From IMG/VR virus record IMGVR_UViG_3300045988_181996: DNA of 64,000 nucleotides. One strand, 5' to 3'. Both the position numbers and the translations under genes were made by a program. Under the pieces are notes generated by a model, which ran no database searches, was not told the DNA's origin, and saw only the letters and a program-made list of their open reading frames with translations. The stretch comes from a virus. Shown here piece after piece: positions 1 to 9,969 of the stretch. Each line of letters opens with the position of its first letter. The first letter of the stretch is position 1.

Positions 1-37
1 TTTCCTCTAGTTTTCAAAGGCAATAAAACAAATCTAA

Positions 38-1276
38 TTAAGCTAGAATATAGTTGTCTGTTTTTGCAATATTCAACGCTGCATTGAGATCTCTGTCTAT
101 CTTTTCTTGACAAGTATTACAATGATAAACTCTTTGACTAAGTTTCAAATCCTTTCTATAACTTCCACAATTTGAACATGTTTTACTAGAGGGGTAGAAC
201 CTATCTACCAAACGAACTACTATAGAACGCTCTCTCGCCTTTCTAATAAGATGTTCTCTAATAGTGTAAAAAGAACAATTAGCAACATCTTTTGCAAGAT
301 GTTTATTCTTCATCATTCCTTTTACATTCAAGTCCTCGATTGCAATATATTGCGGTTGCTTTTTAACCAATTCTGAGACAAATTTACGAATATGATTAAT
401 ACGAATATTCCTTAGTGAACGATATATCAATTTAATTTGTCTTTCTAACTTAATAATATTCTTTGTTTTATTGTGTTTGTTACATCCATTTATAAGGTAC
501 TTTTTAGACACTTTACGTTGCAATCGTTTTAACCTTTTATTCAAGATACGTACTCTTCTAAAAGTCTTAATATTTGGCACAGTTGTACAATCAGAAACGG
601 TTGCAAGAGTCTTAATACCCAAATCTACCCCAACCCCACTTGTATATTCTGGTAAATCTAATTCTTGAAGTTCTACATCTTCGGTGTAGGACAAGTACCA
701 GTATTTACCATCAAAGGAAATGTTAGCTACTTGTTTCTTACAAGAAAGGTCAAACCCTTCTCGAACAGAACCATACTTCACATCTCCAAGGGTTGGTATT
801 TGGAGTTTCCCATTCTCTTTCAAATAGATACGACTAGGACGCTTTTTATCAGAAGACAGACAACAAGTTACATTGAAATTAGGTTGAACTTTATCAATGC
901 TCCTAAAATTCAATTTTCCTTTATTTCGTCTTCTAATTTTGACCAGTTCTCTAGCGAGAAAATTATAGATAAATGATTGGTTAGGTTTGTAATACCAAGA
1001 CCACTTCTCTTTATCTTCTTCATAATTCTTAGCGACAACAATTTTAGCAAGGTTTAGATAATCAGATTGATTAAGACTATAAATATCTCTATCATAAAAC
1101 TTTGAGTAATAGGTTTTATTCCCAGTTTTACTTAAGATATCATCAAAATCACCCTTATTGTTACGTTTGTCAATATCTACTAAAAGATTCCAATAATTTC
1201 GTGAAACTTTACTGTACCACCACATAAGACTTTCTTGCCTTTTGGTTGGCTTTAACCTAAGCTTCTGACTTCTCAT
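38..1276 (-). CDS. tnpB: IS200/IS605-family TnpB (OrfB) RNA-guided endonuclease-like transposase accessory protein, 412 aa
   Basis: C-terminal zinc-finger 'KTCSNCGSY...YHCNTCQEKIDRDLNAALNIA'. RuvC-like 'YIAIEDLNVKGM'. Overall TnpB/Cas12-ancestor architecture. No tnpA (Y1 transposase) adjacent. Confidence 0.85.
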   Translation of the reverse strand: MRSQKLRLKPTKRQESLMWWYSKVSRNYWNLLVDIDKRNNKGDFDDILSKTGNKTYYSKFYDRDIYSLNQSDYLNLAKIVVAKNYEEDKEKWSWYYKPNQSFIYNFLARELVKIRRRNKGKLNFRSIDKVQPNFNVTCCLSSDKKRPSRIYLKENGKLQIPTLGDVKYGSVREGFDLSCKKQVANISFDGKYWYLSYTEDVELQELDLPEYTSGVGVDLGIKTLATVSDCTTVPNIKTFRRVRILNKRLKRLQRKVSKKYLINGCNKHNKTKNIIKLERQIKLIYRSLRNIRINHIRKFVSELVKKQPQYIAIEDLNVKGMMKNKHLAKDVANCSFYTIREHLIRKARERSIVVRLVDRFYPSSKTCSNCGSYRKDLKLSQRVYHCNTCQEKIDRDLNAALNIAKTDNYILA

Positions 1277-1433
1277 CTCGCTCTACCTTTTCCAAAACAG
1301 CTCTATTTATGTAAGCTGACAGACTCATACCCAATTTATCAGCCATAACTTGTGCTCTTTCTTTATCACTTGGGTATATTTTGAAAGCTGTATGCACCTT
1401 AACACCTTTTTTAGATTTAGGTCTTCCTACCAT
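1257..1433 (-). CDS. small ribbon-helix-helix (CopG/Arc-like) protein, 58 aa (MVGRPKSKKGVKVHTAFKIYPSDKERAQVMADKLGMSLSAYINRAVLEKVERDEKSEA), overlaps tnpB start in another frame
   Basis: Hand translation of the minus strand. AAGGAGA RBS 7 nt upstream of the ATG. RHH-like beta-strand followed by two helices. Absent from the ORF track (<60 aa). Confidence 0.5.
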   Translation of the reverse strand: MVGRPKSKKGVKVHTAFKIYPSDKERAQVMADKLGMSLSAYINRAVLEKVERDEKSEA

Positions 1434-2150
1434 AATTTCATCTCCTTAATAATTCAATAAAATTATTGTAGCATATTGTATAATAAAATGCAACTATTTT
1501 TATCGTGTTATTCAATTTTCAATGTTCTTTTCACACTTTTGACAGTTTCCATTAAGTCGCAACCCTTAACAGCTAGGTCAATTCCTAGACACTTCCATTA
1601 CAGAACGTTTCGCAGACTATACGTCAATCTAACCACTCTAACACAAATTTCCTAAGTAGTCAGACCAAATATTTTTCTTCCGCCATTAGCTTGCGGCTTT
1701 ACTCACTGATAATTTATCAGCTTAGTGTTAATTCACTCCCCCATCAGGGGACAGTCGTTAGAGGTTATCCATATCTCTACTATTTGAGACTTAGGACATT
1801 CCTACCGAAATTTACCCTTGTTCACATTGACTTAGCACTAACGTTTTCTAGCATTCACTATTTTCCTTACTAGACACTAATTAGCTTTTATTTCAGCTTT
1901 ACAACCGTTCGCTCTTGTGTAAACTACTAAGCTGTATCAATATCCCGTTCCTTCTTTCTGCTTTCGCTACCATCACGCTTGGATTTTCATCCTACGTTGT
2001 GGCAAACAGGCTTTAAGGTAACTCCTCGGTTTAACTTTTGTAATGATACACACTCCTCACAGAATGTGCAGGGCTTTCTATTTGTCATTGTTACCTAAAT
2101 ATAGAAAATAAGGAAAAATTTTCATATATTCTCTACATTTGTGTAAACTA

Positions 2151-2357
2151 CTAGTTTACCCTAAAGTGATCAACAAACTCAGGACTAAATTCATCTAACG
2201 AATACGTATTATTCTCAGTTCTAAACACATTATTCTTAAAATCCATAATCGCAATAATATCTTTAGGCTCATATCCTACTTTTCGAAAATAAAGTTTATC
2301 TTTATCACTAAATGACGTATACTCATACTTCTCAATTTCTTCGTTAAAATTTTTCAT
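2151..2357 (-). CDS. hypothetical protein 68 aa, first gene of paralog array
   Basis: ORF co-oriented and tightly spaced with the downstream paralog genes. Confidence 0.4.
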   Translation of the reverse strand: MKNFNEEIEKYEYTSFSDKDKLYFRKVGYEPKDIIAIMDFKNNVFRTENNTYSLDEFSPEFVDHFRVN

Positions 2358-2374
2358 AAAATACCTTTCTTTAA

Positions 2375-2722
2375 TTATAATTTTATTTCATTATCATATT
2401 TTTTATTAATACTTTCATTAAGTTCATTCATTACATCTACAAATTCTTCTTCAGTTAGTTTACTACTTACTTCAGAGGATCTCTTATAATTTAAATCAAG
2501 AGAAGGGTTAAAACAATCATCTACATCACCATCTATATAACGAACATTAGACGTAGAACTATTAATATTATCCATACATAAAGCTTGTCTAAATAATTCT
2601 TGGTTTTTATTTATATTACCAGTCATTTTTGTATTAGCAATATTTTGTCTCATATCATCTAAATCAACCAAATCGTTAACGTCAACATTATTTTGATTAA
2701 ATATATTTTTTGCACGTAACAT
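2375..2722 (-). CDS. paralog-array protein (115 aa) carrying only the shared C-terminal 'EEFVDVMNELN' module
   Basis: C-terminal motif shared with the ORFs at 3780, 4612, 5838 and 7476. Confidence 0.5.
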   Translation of the reverse strand: MLRAKNIFNQNNVDVNDLVDLDDMRQNIANTKMTGNINKNQELFRQALCMDNINSSTSNVRYIDGDVDDCFNPSLDLNYKRSSEVSSKLTEEEFVDVMNELNESINKKYDNEIKL

Positions 2723-2738
2723 AAAATCACCCCTTTAA

Positions 2739-3773
2739 TTACCTTTCTAATCCATCATATTGTTTATTTTCTAACCCAAGCATCGGTTGTGATAATTTAC
2801 GAATAACAGCTTCAAAACGAGCTTGTTCTTCTGATATATCCACATCATCTTTATCTTCAATTTCCATACTAGCAGGTTTAGTTAACTCACGTACTTTTGA
2901 AACTCGTTCAGCATTAAACTCAAAATTAAAATTTTTATATTTACTATCAGATTTAATTGTTTGTAGATCCTCAACATAATTATAAAATTCAGAATTTTCA
3001 TCTTGTAAATATAAATCATAACCGTCAACTTTACCTTTTTTATCACAACTAATTATTTTATATTTTTCATCTTTATAATCTAATTTACGAGAATATAAAT
3101 CATAGTTACCAGTAGTATTATTATATTCATAATCAATATTATAGTCTTTAAATTTTTTTTGTACAAGTGGTTCATCTAAAACAACTTTAGATTCTTTTGC
3201 TCTTTTTTCATTAAATCTTTTATGATTCATAATCCACAGTTCTTTATCCATAGGAGCAAGACCTGTCTCTAATTTATCAATTAATGTAATATCACTATTC
3301 TTATCAATTAATAACGGTAATTTTAATCTATAACCAGGTAACCCACCAATTGTTGAAACATTTACATCATATTTTCGTATATTTTCATTGTCAGGTTGTA
3401 ATACTGAATCGCTAACATAAATATGTTTGCTATTTGTAGTTAAATTAAAACCATAACCATTAAAATTAACATCAGTTTTTTCTTTTTCATAAAAATCATT
3501 TTTTAAAAAACCATTATTATTTTTTATATGTTGCACGGTATTAACATAATCATAAAATATTGAATCACTATCTTCTAATTTAATATTTCGTCCTTTAAAC
3601 TTCCCTTCATCATCTACAGTAATTAAATTATAATATCCACCATATTTATCCATAGTACTAATTGCATATCCATCTAATTTTTTATCATAATCTATTGACA
3701 AATTATATTTTTTAAAATTTTCTTGAATTTTTTCATTATCAAAAAAATTTGATTTATTTCTAAAAATACTCAT
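2739..3773 (-). CDS. paralog-array protein, 344 aa, two copies of the Y-x-Y-D..YKxxxY..CDKKG module
   Basis: Internal duplication 'YDKKLDGYAISTMDKYGGYY' / 'YNNTTGNYDLYSRKLDYKDEKYKIISCDKKG'. C-terminal 'QYDGLER'. Confidence 0.6.
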   Translation of the reverse strand: MSIFRNKSNFFDNEKIQENFKKYNLSIDYDKKLDGYAISTMDKYGGYYNLITVDDEGKFKGRNIKLEDSDSIFYDYVNTVQHIKNNNGFLKNDFYEKEKTDVNFNGYGFNLTTNSKHIYVSDSVLQPDNENIRKYDVNVSTIGGLPGYRLKLPLLIDKNSDITLIDKLETGLAPMDKELWIMNHKRFNEKRAKESKVVLDEPLVQKKFKDYNIDYEYNNTTGNYDLYSRKLDYKDEKYKIISCDKKGKVDGYDLYLQDENSEFYNYVEDLQTIKSDSKYKNFNFEFNAERVSKVRELTKPASMEIEDKDDVDISEEQARFEAVIRKLSQPMLGLENKQYDGLER

Positions 3774-3779
3774 TTCAAA

Positions 3780-4520
3780 CTACCTTTCTAAACTTTCTTC
3801 TTGTTCAACTTTATTAAGCTCATTCATCACAGCAACAAATTCTTCTTCAGTTATTACTTCTTTAACTTCGTACTTATCATACATATCAATAAAATGTTGC
3901 ATATCACTTATTTCATTTATATCATTATTAAACGTATCAATATAATTAGTAATATTTTTAAATTTATGTTTATCATCACCCATATCTAAAGCGAATACAC
4001 AATACATAGCATCTTTATTATCATAAGCATTATATAAATCATATTCACCAAGTTTACCATTTGACGATCTAGCGTAATCATCCATATCCCAATCTATAGG
4101 TAACGTTTCAAAATCCATATTACCATAAGTTTCAACTCCGTAAACTTCAAAATTAACAGTATCCCCAGTATAACTTTGTTCAATTACCATTTTACGTTTG
4201 ATATCTTCATTTTCAGTTGGTAACTCAATTACAGTATTAAAACCATCAAAAGTTACTGTATTATCTTTATATTTTTCATCAGCTTTTAAAGACTGCAAAT
4301 TCACAACATAAGTATAAAAAGGTTCAGACTCATCATTAAAATCTATATGATTATCTATAAAAAACCCGTCTTCCTGACAACTTAAAACAGTATATTCATC
4401 ACCCTTATAATCAGGATATGTAGATATTATATCATAATTACGTGATTTTTCATTATATTCAGCTTTTAAATCAAATTCTTTTAATTTATCTTGTATATAT
4501 TTATCTTCAAAAATACTCAT
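3780..4520 (-). CDS. paralog-array protein, 246 aa
   Basis: 'YNEKSRNYDIISTYPDYKGDEYTVLSCQEDG' N-terminal module. 'KLGEYDLY...EEFVAVMNELNKVEQEESLER' C-terminal module shared with the 5838 ORF. Confidence 0.6.
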   Translation of the reverse strand: MSIFEDKYIQDKLKEFDLKAEYNEKSRNYDIISTYPDYKGDEYTVLSCQEDGFFIDNHIDFNDESEPFYTYVVNLQSLKADEKYKDNTVTFDGFNTVIELPTENEDIKRKMVIEQSYTGDTVNFEVYGVETYGNMDFETLPIDWDMDDYARSSNGKLGEYDLYNAYDNKDAMYCVFALDMGDDKHKFKNITNYIDTFNNDINEISDMQHFIDMYDKYEVKEVITEEEFVAVMNELNKVEQEESLER

Positions 4521-4611
4521 TATTTCACCTCACAAAATATTATATCAATATTATAACATAAAAAACCACATATACTAAATTAAAATAACATAAGATAAGT
4601 AGTTCTTATTA

Positions 4612-5745
4612 TTATCTTTCCATTCCTTGATTTTTTTCATCAATTTCAGATTGTGCTATTTGATATGCCATTTTCGACATTACAGCTCTAAAACGTCTAT
4701 CAATTTCTTCTTCTTCTAAACTCTTTTCACGTTTACCTTGAAAACGTTCATTAACCTCATTAATAGCATTAATAAAATCTTGTTCAGAAGGGTCTAATAA
4801 ATTATTTTCTTCTTTTATATATTCAGCTTGAAATTCCTTATATAACTTATTATCAAGTACATTTTCATCTAATAACATTTTGTTAATATCAATTTCTGAA
4901 ACTCTTTTATTTTTCTTATCAAATAATATCTCAAATTCCCTAGATTTACCATTTTCTTTAAAATAATCAAGTGATTTATTTAGAAAATTAGTATTTGCAT
5001 GCAGCAACCCTTTAATCGGTAGTTTTGTTGAATAAGTCGCAACTTCAGTTGTTTTAATTGTATCTACAGCTACTTTATTATTTAGATCATTAGCATATTC
5101 ATAACGTTCAAGACTAGTCATGTTAAACCATTTTTCACGATTTATAGCTGCATCCCATATTAAAGAACGTTCCATATCAATGCTATACTTTTGTTCATAA
5201 TTTCTACAATTTTCAATATTAAAATTATCTGTATTTATAGTTTTTTCAACATGTTTTTTTTCTTTAAAATATTCATCATTTGATACAACTTCTTTTGATA
5301 TATCATCATATAATTTACTTGCTTCACATGTACGTTGATTTTCTTTTTTTAACATAACATTAATATTTACTTCATTATCACTAATAGAAACTTTATCACA
5401 ATTTAATTCAATTTCATTTCCATTAGTTGAACCAGGTCGGTCAAATACTTTTATTGTACCAATCTTAAAGTCATAAAATGAACCAAATTCCTTAAACATT
5501 TCATCACCTTTAATATTTCGAAATATGTTAACAGACGATATGAACTGTGGAAATTCATTTTCGATTTTATTCTCTAATTTATCAGCATCTTTCTTATAAT
5601 GATAACAAACAACATATTCCTTACCTTCATAATTTGGATATGTTGAAATAAGTTGACCACTACCCCTTACATTGTTATATTCATAACGCAAATGACTTTT
5701 CTCTAATCTTTGCTTTGCTACATCTGACAAATTTAATCTTGCCAT
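4612..5745 (-). CDS. paralog-array protein, 377 aa
   Basis: 'YNNVRGSGQLISTYPNYEGKEYVV' module. Divergent C-terminal '...DFINAINEVNE...NQGMER'. Confidence 0.6.
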   Translation of the reverse strand: MARLNLSDVAKQRLEKSHLRYEYNNVRGSGQLISTYPNYEGKEYVVCYHYKKDADKLENKIENEFPQFISSVNIFRNIKGDEMFKEFGSFYDFKIGTIKVFDRPGSTNGNEIELNCDKVSISDNEVNINVMLKKENQRTCEASKLYDDISKEVVSNDEYFKEKKHVEKTINTDNFNIENCRNYEQKYSIDMERSLIWDAAINREKWFNMTSLERYEYANDLNNKVAVDTIKTTEVATYSTKLPIKGLLHANTNFLNKSLDYFKENGKSREFEILFDKKNKRVSEIDINKMLLDENVLDNKLYKEFQAEYIKEENNLLDPSEQDFINAINEVNERFQGKREKSLEEEEIDRRFRAVMSKMAYQIAQSEIDEKNQGMER

Positions 5746-5837
5746 TATTATTCACCACCTATTTTATATAAGATTATTATAACACAAAAAACCACATATC
5801 CCAAATTAAATTAACATGAGATATGCAGTTTACATTG

Positions 5838-7472
5838 TTATCGTTCTAATCCTTTATCTTGTTCTTTATTAGATACTAAATTAACAGCATTTATAAACTC
5901 TTGTTTGTTCTTAAGTTCACTAATATTATCCATATCCTCAATTAAATCATCAATATATGTAGTTACATTTTGATAATCAGTTTTATCTTTTAAAAAGTAT
6001 ACATCATAATCAGTTTTTGTTGTGTGATCATGATTTTTAAATTGAGAATATTCACCCAATTTACCACTTTTACTACCGTCAAACAATTTATTTCCATACA
6101 TACTAGCAATACCATTAAATGAACTTATTTCCTCATCACTTGGATATTCTAAAACATATTTATTCTGAACATCTTCCATCCCGTTCCATGTATATTCGAT
6201 TACTAATTTACGATTGAAATCTTTATTGTTTAAATCAATTTCCATCTTATCACAATAACCGCCATATAAGTTCAACTCAAAATCTTTATATTTCTCATTT
6301 GATTTCAAAGCCTGAAGGTTTTGAACATGACCATAGAAATTAGTATAATCACTCATTAAATCTAAATCCATATCATATGTATTAGTTTCAACAATTCCAT
6401 TTTTATCACATGATATTATTTTATATTCTTCACCTTTATAATCAGGGCAAGTTGAAATTATATCATAATTATCATTTTCTTCATTATAAACAGCTTTTAT
6501 ATTATTTTCATTAAACTCGTTTATCACACGAGATAGATTTACATACCCAATTTCTCTTTCACGACCTAATGTATTCATATATGCTTCATATTGTTTTTTT
6601 TGATTTTCAGGTTCACGTAATTGTTTTATATCTTCTTTAAACCTATAATCAGTTATTTCTTCATATAAATTATTATCAATTAATCCTAATTCTTTTAATT
6701 CATTTGCAACAAAGTAATCAGAATGAAAATTATTATCTTTAGTTAAACGGTTTACCGATTTCATTATATCACTTTTCTCATCACATTTAGTTATTAATTT
6801 ATCTAAATATTCATTAAACTTATTACTATCCTCAACGTCTTCAGTTATTTCAAACGTTTCTATAAAATTCACACCATAAACTTCAAAATCTTCATCATAA
6901 GTAAAATTCTTTATTGAATCATGATAATCATCAATTTGTTTTTCTAATATAACATCTTTCATATTCTCACTCTTAAACCCGTTAAATAACATTCTATCAA
7001 CATCTTGAACACAACCCCACTCATTAGTTAAACGCATTTTAACAGGTGATTTTTTTAAATCATTTCCATCAGTAATTAACTGAATAGTTCGTTCAAAACC
7101 AGTTTTATCCTCATCTTTTAATGTGATATTAATACTACCACCAAGATGCATCATCCAATTCATATTATCACTATATTTAGGATCTAATTCCAAAGAACGA
7201 ACTTTATTCATAGCTGGAATTACAGTATCAATATTATAATCAAAATGACCTAAAAACGATTCACCATATATACTGTCATTTTGAATTTCATAAGTTTGAA
7301 TATCTTTTCCATCAACATTAGAATAAACGCCAAAATTATCAAATTTAGTTAATTTCATAAAATAACCATTATCATCTAATTTTTTTAAAGTTTCTTCACT
7401 AATTATAGAATCAGTTAACTCACGCATTTTATTAATATTTTCGTTTGAATTAAACTTATTTTCACTACTCAT
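5838..7472 (-). CDS. paralog-array protein, 544 aa, unique ~300 aa N-terminal extension fused to shared modules
   Basis: 'YNEENDNYDIISTCPDYKGEEYKIISCDKNG' and 'KLGEYSQF...QEFINAVNLVSNKEQDKGLER'. Confidence 0.6.
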   Translation of the reverse strand: MSSENKFNSNENINKMRELTDSIISEETLKKLDDNGYFMKLTKFDNFGVYSNVDGKDIQTYEIQNDSIYGESFLGHFDYNIDTVIPAMNKVRSLELDPKYSDNMNWMMHLGGSINITLKDEDKTGFERTIQLITDGNDLKKSPVKMRLTNEWGCVQDVDRMLFNGFKSENMKDVILEKQIDDYHDSIKNFTYDEDFEVYGVNFIETFEITEDVEDSNKFNEYLDKLITKCDEKSDIMKSVNRLTKDNNFHSDYFVANELKELGLIDNNLYEEITDYRFKEDIKQLREPENQKKQYEAYMNTLGREREIGYVNLSRVINEFNENNIKAVYNEENDNYDIISTCPDYKGEEYKIISCDKNGIVETNTYDMDLDLMSDYTNFYGHVQNLQALKSNEKYKDFELNLYGGYCDKMEIDLNNKDFNRKLVIEYTWNGMEDVQNKYVLEYPSDEEISSFNGIASMYGNKLFDGSKSGKLGEYSQFKNHDHTTKTDYDVYFLKDKTDYQNVTTYIDDLIEDMDNISELKNKQEFINAVNLVSNKEQDKGLER

Positions 7473-7475
7473 AAT

Positions 7476-8183
7476 CTACAACTCCATCCCATTATCTTTT
7501 TCTTTATTAGTTACCGAATTAACAGCATTTATAAACTCTTGTTCTTTAAGTTTTTTATGTTTTTCAGCATCTAACATACGCTTTTCCTCCAGCAATACAT
7601 TTTTTTCATTTAAATATTCATAAGCGTTATCCATGTAATATTTAACATAATCATGTTCCATCTCCCAAACTTCTTTATCTAATAACTTTAATTCATAATC
7701 ATCAAAAGCACGTTCTAAGTCAGGATAATCAGTTAAATCAACCCCGCCACGCTTAATAGTTTCATTAACCTCGTTATAAACTTCACCAAAGTTATTACCT
7801 ATTGAATTAAGTTCTTCGTAATACACACCGTTAAAAGCTTCTAATAAGTCACCACGGTGAGTATATACATGGTGTCTTGCTGGATCCGTTTCTAAAGATT
7901 CACGTAATCCTAAATATTTCTCATTATCTAACTTTTCAAGAGTAGTTAAGAAATTCGTAAAGTCTTTTCCACCACGACCATTACCAAGTAAATAACTACG
8001 TCTGTCACTAACAACCATAGTGTATTTATGGTCAACTTGTGGTGAGAAGTTTCTACCAAACTCAGCTATCTCACCACTCTTATCAAGTTCTTCTAACTTA
8101 ATTTTATCATCAACATCACTTTTAGCATAAAATTCTCCGTAATATTGAAGTTTATCTAATTGTTCTCGAATATCATTTTTCAT
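7476..8183 (-). CDS. paralog-array protein, 235 aa
   Basis: C-terminal 'QEFINAVNSVTNKEKDNGMEL' module. Different N-terminal domain. Confidence 0.55.
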   Translation of the reverse strand: MKNDIREQLDKLQYYGEFYAKSDVDDKIKLEELDKSGEIAEFGRNFSPQVDHKYTMVVSDRRSYLLGNGRGGKDFTNFLTTLEKLDNEKYLGLRESLETDPARHHVYTHRGDLLEAFNGVYYEELNSIGNNFGEVYNEVNETIKRGGVDLTDYPDLERAFDDYELKLLDKEVWEMEHDYVKYYMDNAYEYLNEKNVLLEEKRMLDAEKHKKLKEQEFINAVNSVTNKEKDNGMEL

Positions 8184-8192
8184 AACTCACCT

Positions 8193-9503
8193 CTAATGCT
8201 CTATTGACCAATCACGTGTTAATTTACGTTTTTCAACATTATCATTTATTTCAGCAATTTGCTTTGTAAAATCTTCTTCATCAAACGTGTTTTCCTGTGT
8301 AATTTTCTTAGCTTTCTTTTCAATTTCCTCAAAGTCAATTTCTTCGGTAAATTCTTCTTCAATAACTTCACCTTCTTTTACTAAGTTGTCCTCAATAGTT
8401 TCTTCAAACTCTTTACGCAATCGTTCTTCACGCTCATCTTCTTCATAAAAATCAAACGGATTTCTGTTATTAACTTTAGCTGTTACCGAAGCTAATTCTT
8501 CCTGAGTTCTTCTTAAATTATCTTCTAATACAGAAGTATCATCTTTATAATAAATAGCATCATCTATTTGTGCTTTTATCATTTTCTCACTTGCTTGTAA
8601 GACCGATTTAAAGTTTTCTTCAATTCGTTGTTTAGGAGTTACTAAGAAATATTTATCTTCAATTTCTTCTTTTCTGTTCATTAATTCAGCTTTACGCTTT
8701 TCTAACTGAGCAAGTTCATTACCAACACGACTTAATTCATCAATATCACTCATAGTTTTAAACATATCACCACGAGAAAGTCTATCACCATCTCTTAATG
8801 TTTGCCAAAATACAGCAACCCCAGTACCAAATGCACCACCATGTTTTGCAATAAACATATTTTCTGATTCGTTTAATATTTCATCATACGATTTACCTTG
8901 GTTATAATTATTTATTACACTTTGTCGTTCTTTATGATTTAACGTACTATAAAACTTTGCAAATTCTGTTCTATCGTTTTCGATATATTCCGACTCAACA
9001 TTTTTATTTGTTTGTTTTTTTATGTCTTTTTCTTTTGGTTTAGTTGTTTTTGTTTGTGGTAGTTCTTCTTTTGTTTGATTACTTTGTAATTGTTGTTTCA
9101 TGATTTCGTTTTCTTTACGTAATCTTTCTAACTCTAATTTTACACTATTTCTTTGTGATTTACTATAATTAGGTGTACTTATTCGACTACCTTGTTTATC
9201 TAAATCACTTTTTCCTATAAATAAATTCTTAAAATCCTTTGGTGATTTTTGTGCAAATTCACGACCTTTACGGTAATATTCAAGGAATTTTTTTACCGTT
9301 TTACTTTCGCTTTGTTTTGCATAATCTTTTAATTTATCTTTTGAATTTTTTACAGTATTGATACCTGCTTTAACAGTCGTTTTAGAAATATCATATAACA
9401 TATCTGATAAAGTAGGACCAAATTGTTCACGTCTTAAATCACGAGCTATTTTATAAGAGTTATAACTAGCTTTAACTTCTTTAATATATGCCAATTTCAT
9501 CAT
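8193..9503 (-). CDS. hypothetical coiled-coil protein, 436 aa, acidic C-terminus
   Basis: Long ORF heading the array. No recognisable catalytic motif. Confidence 0.5.
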   Translation of the reverse strand: MMKLAYIKEVKASYNSYKIARDLRREQFGPTLSDMLYDISKTTVKAGINTVKNSKDKLKDYAKQSESKTVKKFLEYYRKGREFAQKSPKDFKNLFIGKSDLDKQGSRISTPNYSKSQRNSVKLELERLRKENEIMKQQLQSNQTKEELPQTKTTKPKEKDIKKQTNKNVESEYIENDRTEFAKFYSTLNHKERQSVINNYNQGKSYDEILNESENMFIAKHGGAFGTGVAVFWQTLRDGDRLSRGDMFKTMSDIDELSRVGNELAQLEKRKAELMNRKEEIEDKYFLVTPKQRIEENFKSVLQASEKMIKAQIDDAIYYKDDTSVLEDNLRRTQEELASVTAKVNNRNPFDFYEEDEREERLRKEFEETIEDNLVKEGEVIEEEFTEEIDFEEIEKKAKKITQENTFDEEDFTKQIAEINDNVEKRKLTRDWSIEH

Positions 9504-9565
9504 TTTCCTTTCATCATATTATGATAACATTATAACATACATTTAAATTTCAACAAAATAAAAAA

Positions 9566-9600
9566 AAACGAAGATTACCTAACAAATCTTCGTCAAAAAA
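9566..9600 (-). terminator. rho-independent terminator (GACGAAGATT...AATCTTCGT + T-run on minus strand)
   Basis: 8-bp perfect stem followed by T9 on the minus strand, downstream of the flotillin operon. Confidence 0.6.
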
Positions 9601-9809
9601 AAGAAAGAATTAATTTAATCTGCATAATCATAGCATACCTACGCACTAGCAGTTAATGTGGAAAATAATTACATTCCACCTTAAATTTATTATAACATAT
9701 TTTTTCAAAAATAACAAATAAAAAAAAAGGTGAATGTATCCTCCAGAAATAACTCACCTACGTAACAAATAATTATTAAATTATCTATTAATTATATCAT
9801 ATTTAATCA

Positions 9810-9852
9810 AAAAAAGTCAAAAAAAAGAAGGTAGTTAAACCACCTTCTTATA
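9810..9852 (-). terminator. rho-independent terminator (AGAAGGT..ACCTTCT + T-run)
   Basis: 7-bp stem plus T8 on the minus strand, 118 nt after the flotillin stop. Confidence 0.55.
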
Positions 9853-9969
9853 AAAGAGAAAAATATATTTGAAAATTAATTGCCTATGTTTACTTTAACA
9901 TAAACTATTAAAAAAATCAAGCAAAATCATTAAGCAGTTTAATGACTTACTTAGGTCAGTTTATTTTAA

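Noticed and set aside
1691-1873. 60-aa ORF in the GC-rich non-coding block
   Set aside because: No RBS. Lies in a probable structured-RNA/repeat region.
1540-2100. rRNA, tmRNA or RNase P gene in the GC-rich block
   Set aside because: None of the universal signatures are present (tmRNA GGGG...CCACCA ends, RNase P AGGAAAGTCC box, 16S/23S conserved tracts). Kept only as an unassigned candidate ncRNA.
3801-3989. Small antisense ORFs (e.g. 3801-3989, 12441-12650, 13339-13542, 14054-14473, 17153-17419, 56276-56798, 57076-57636)
   Set aside because: They lie inside longer well-supported genes on the opposite strand, have Ile/Phe/Leu-rich low-complexity translations and no RBS
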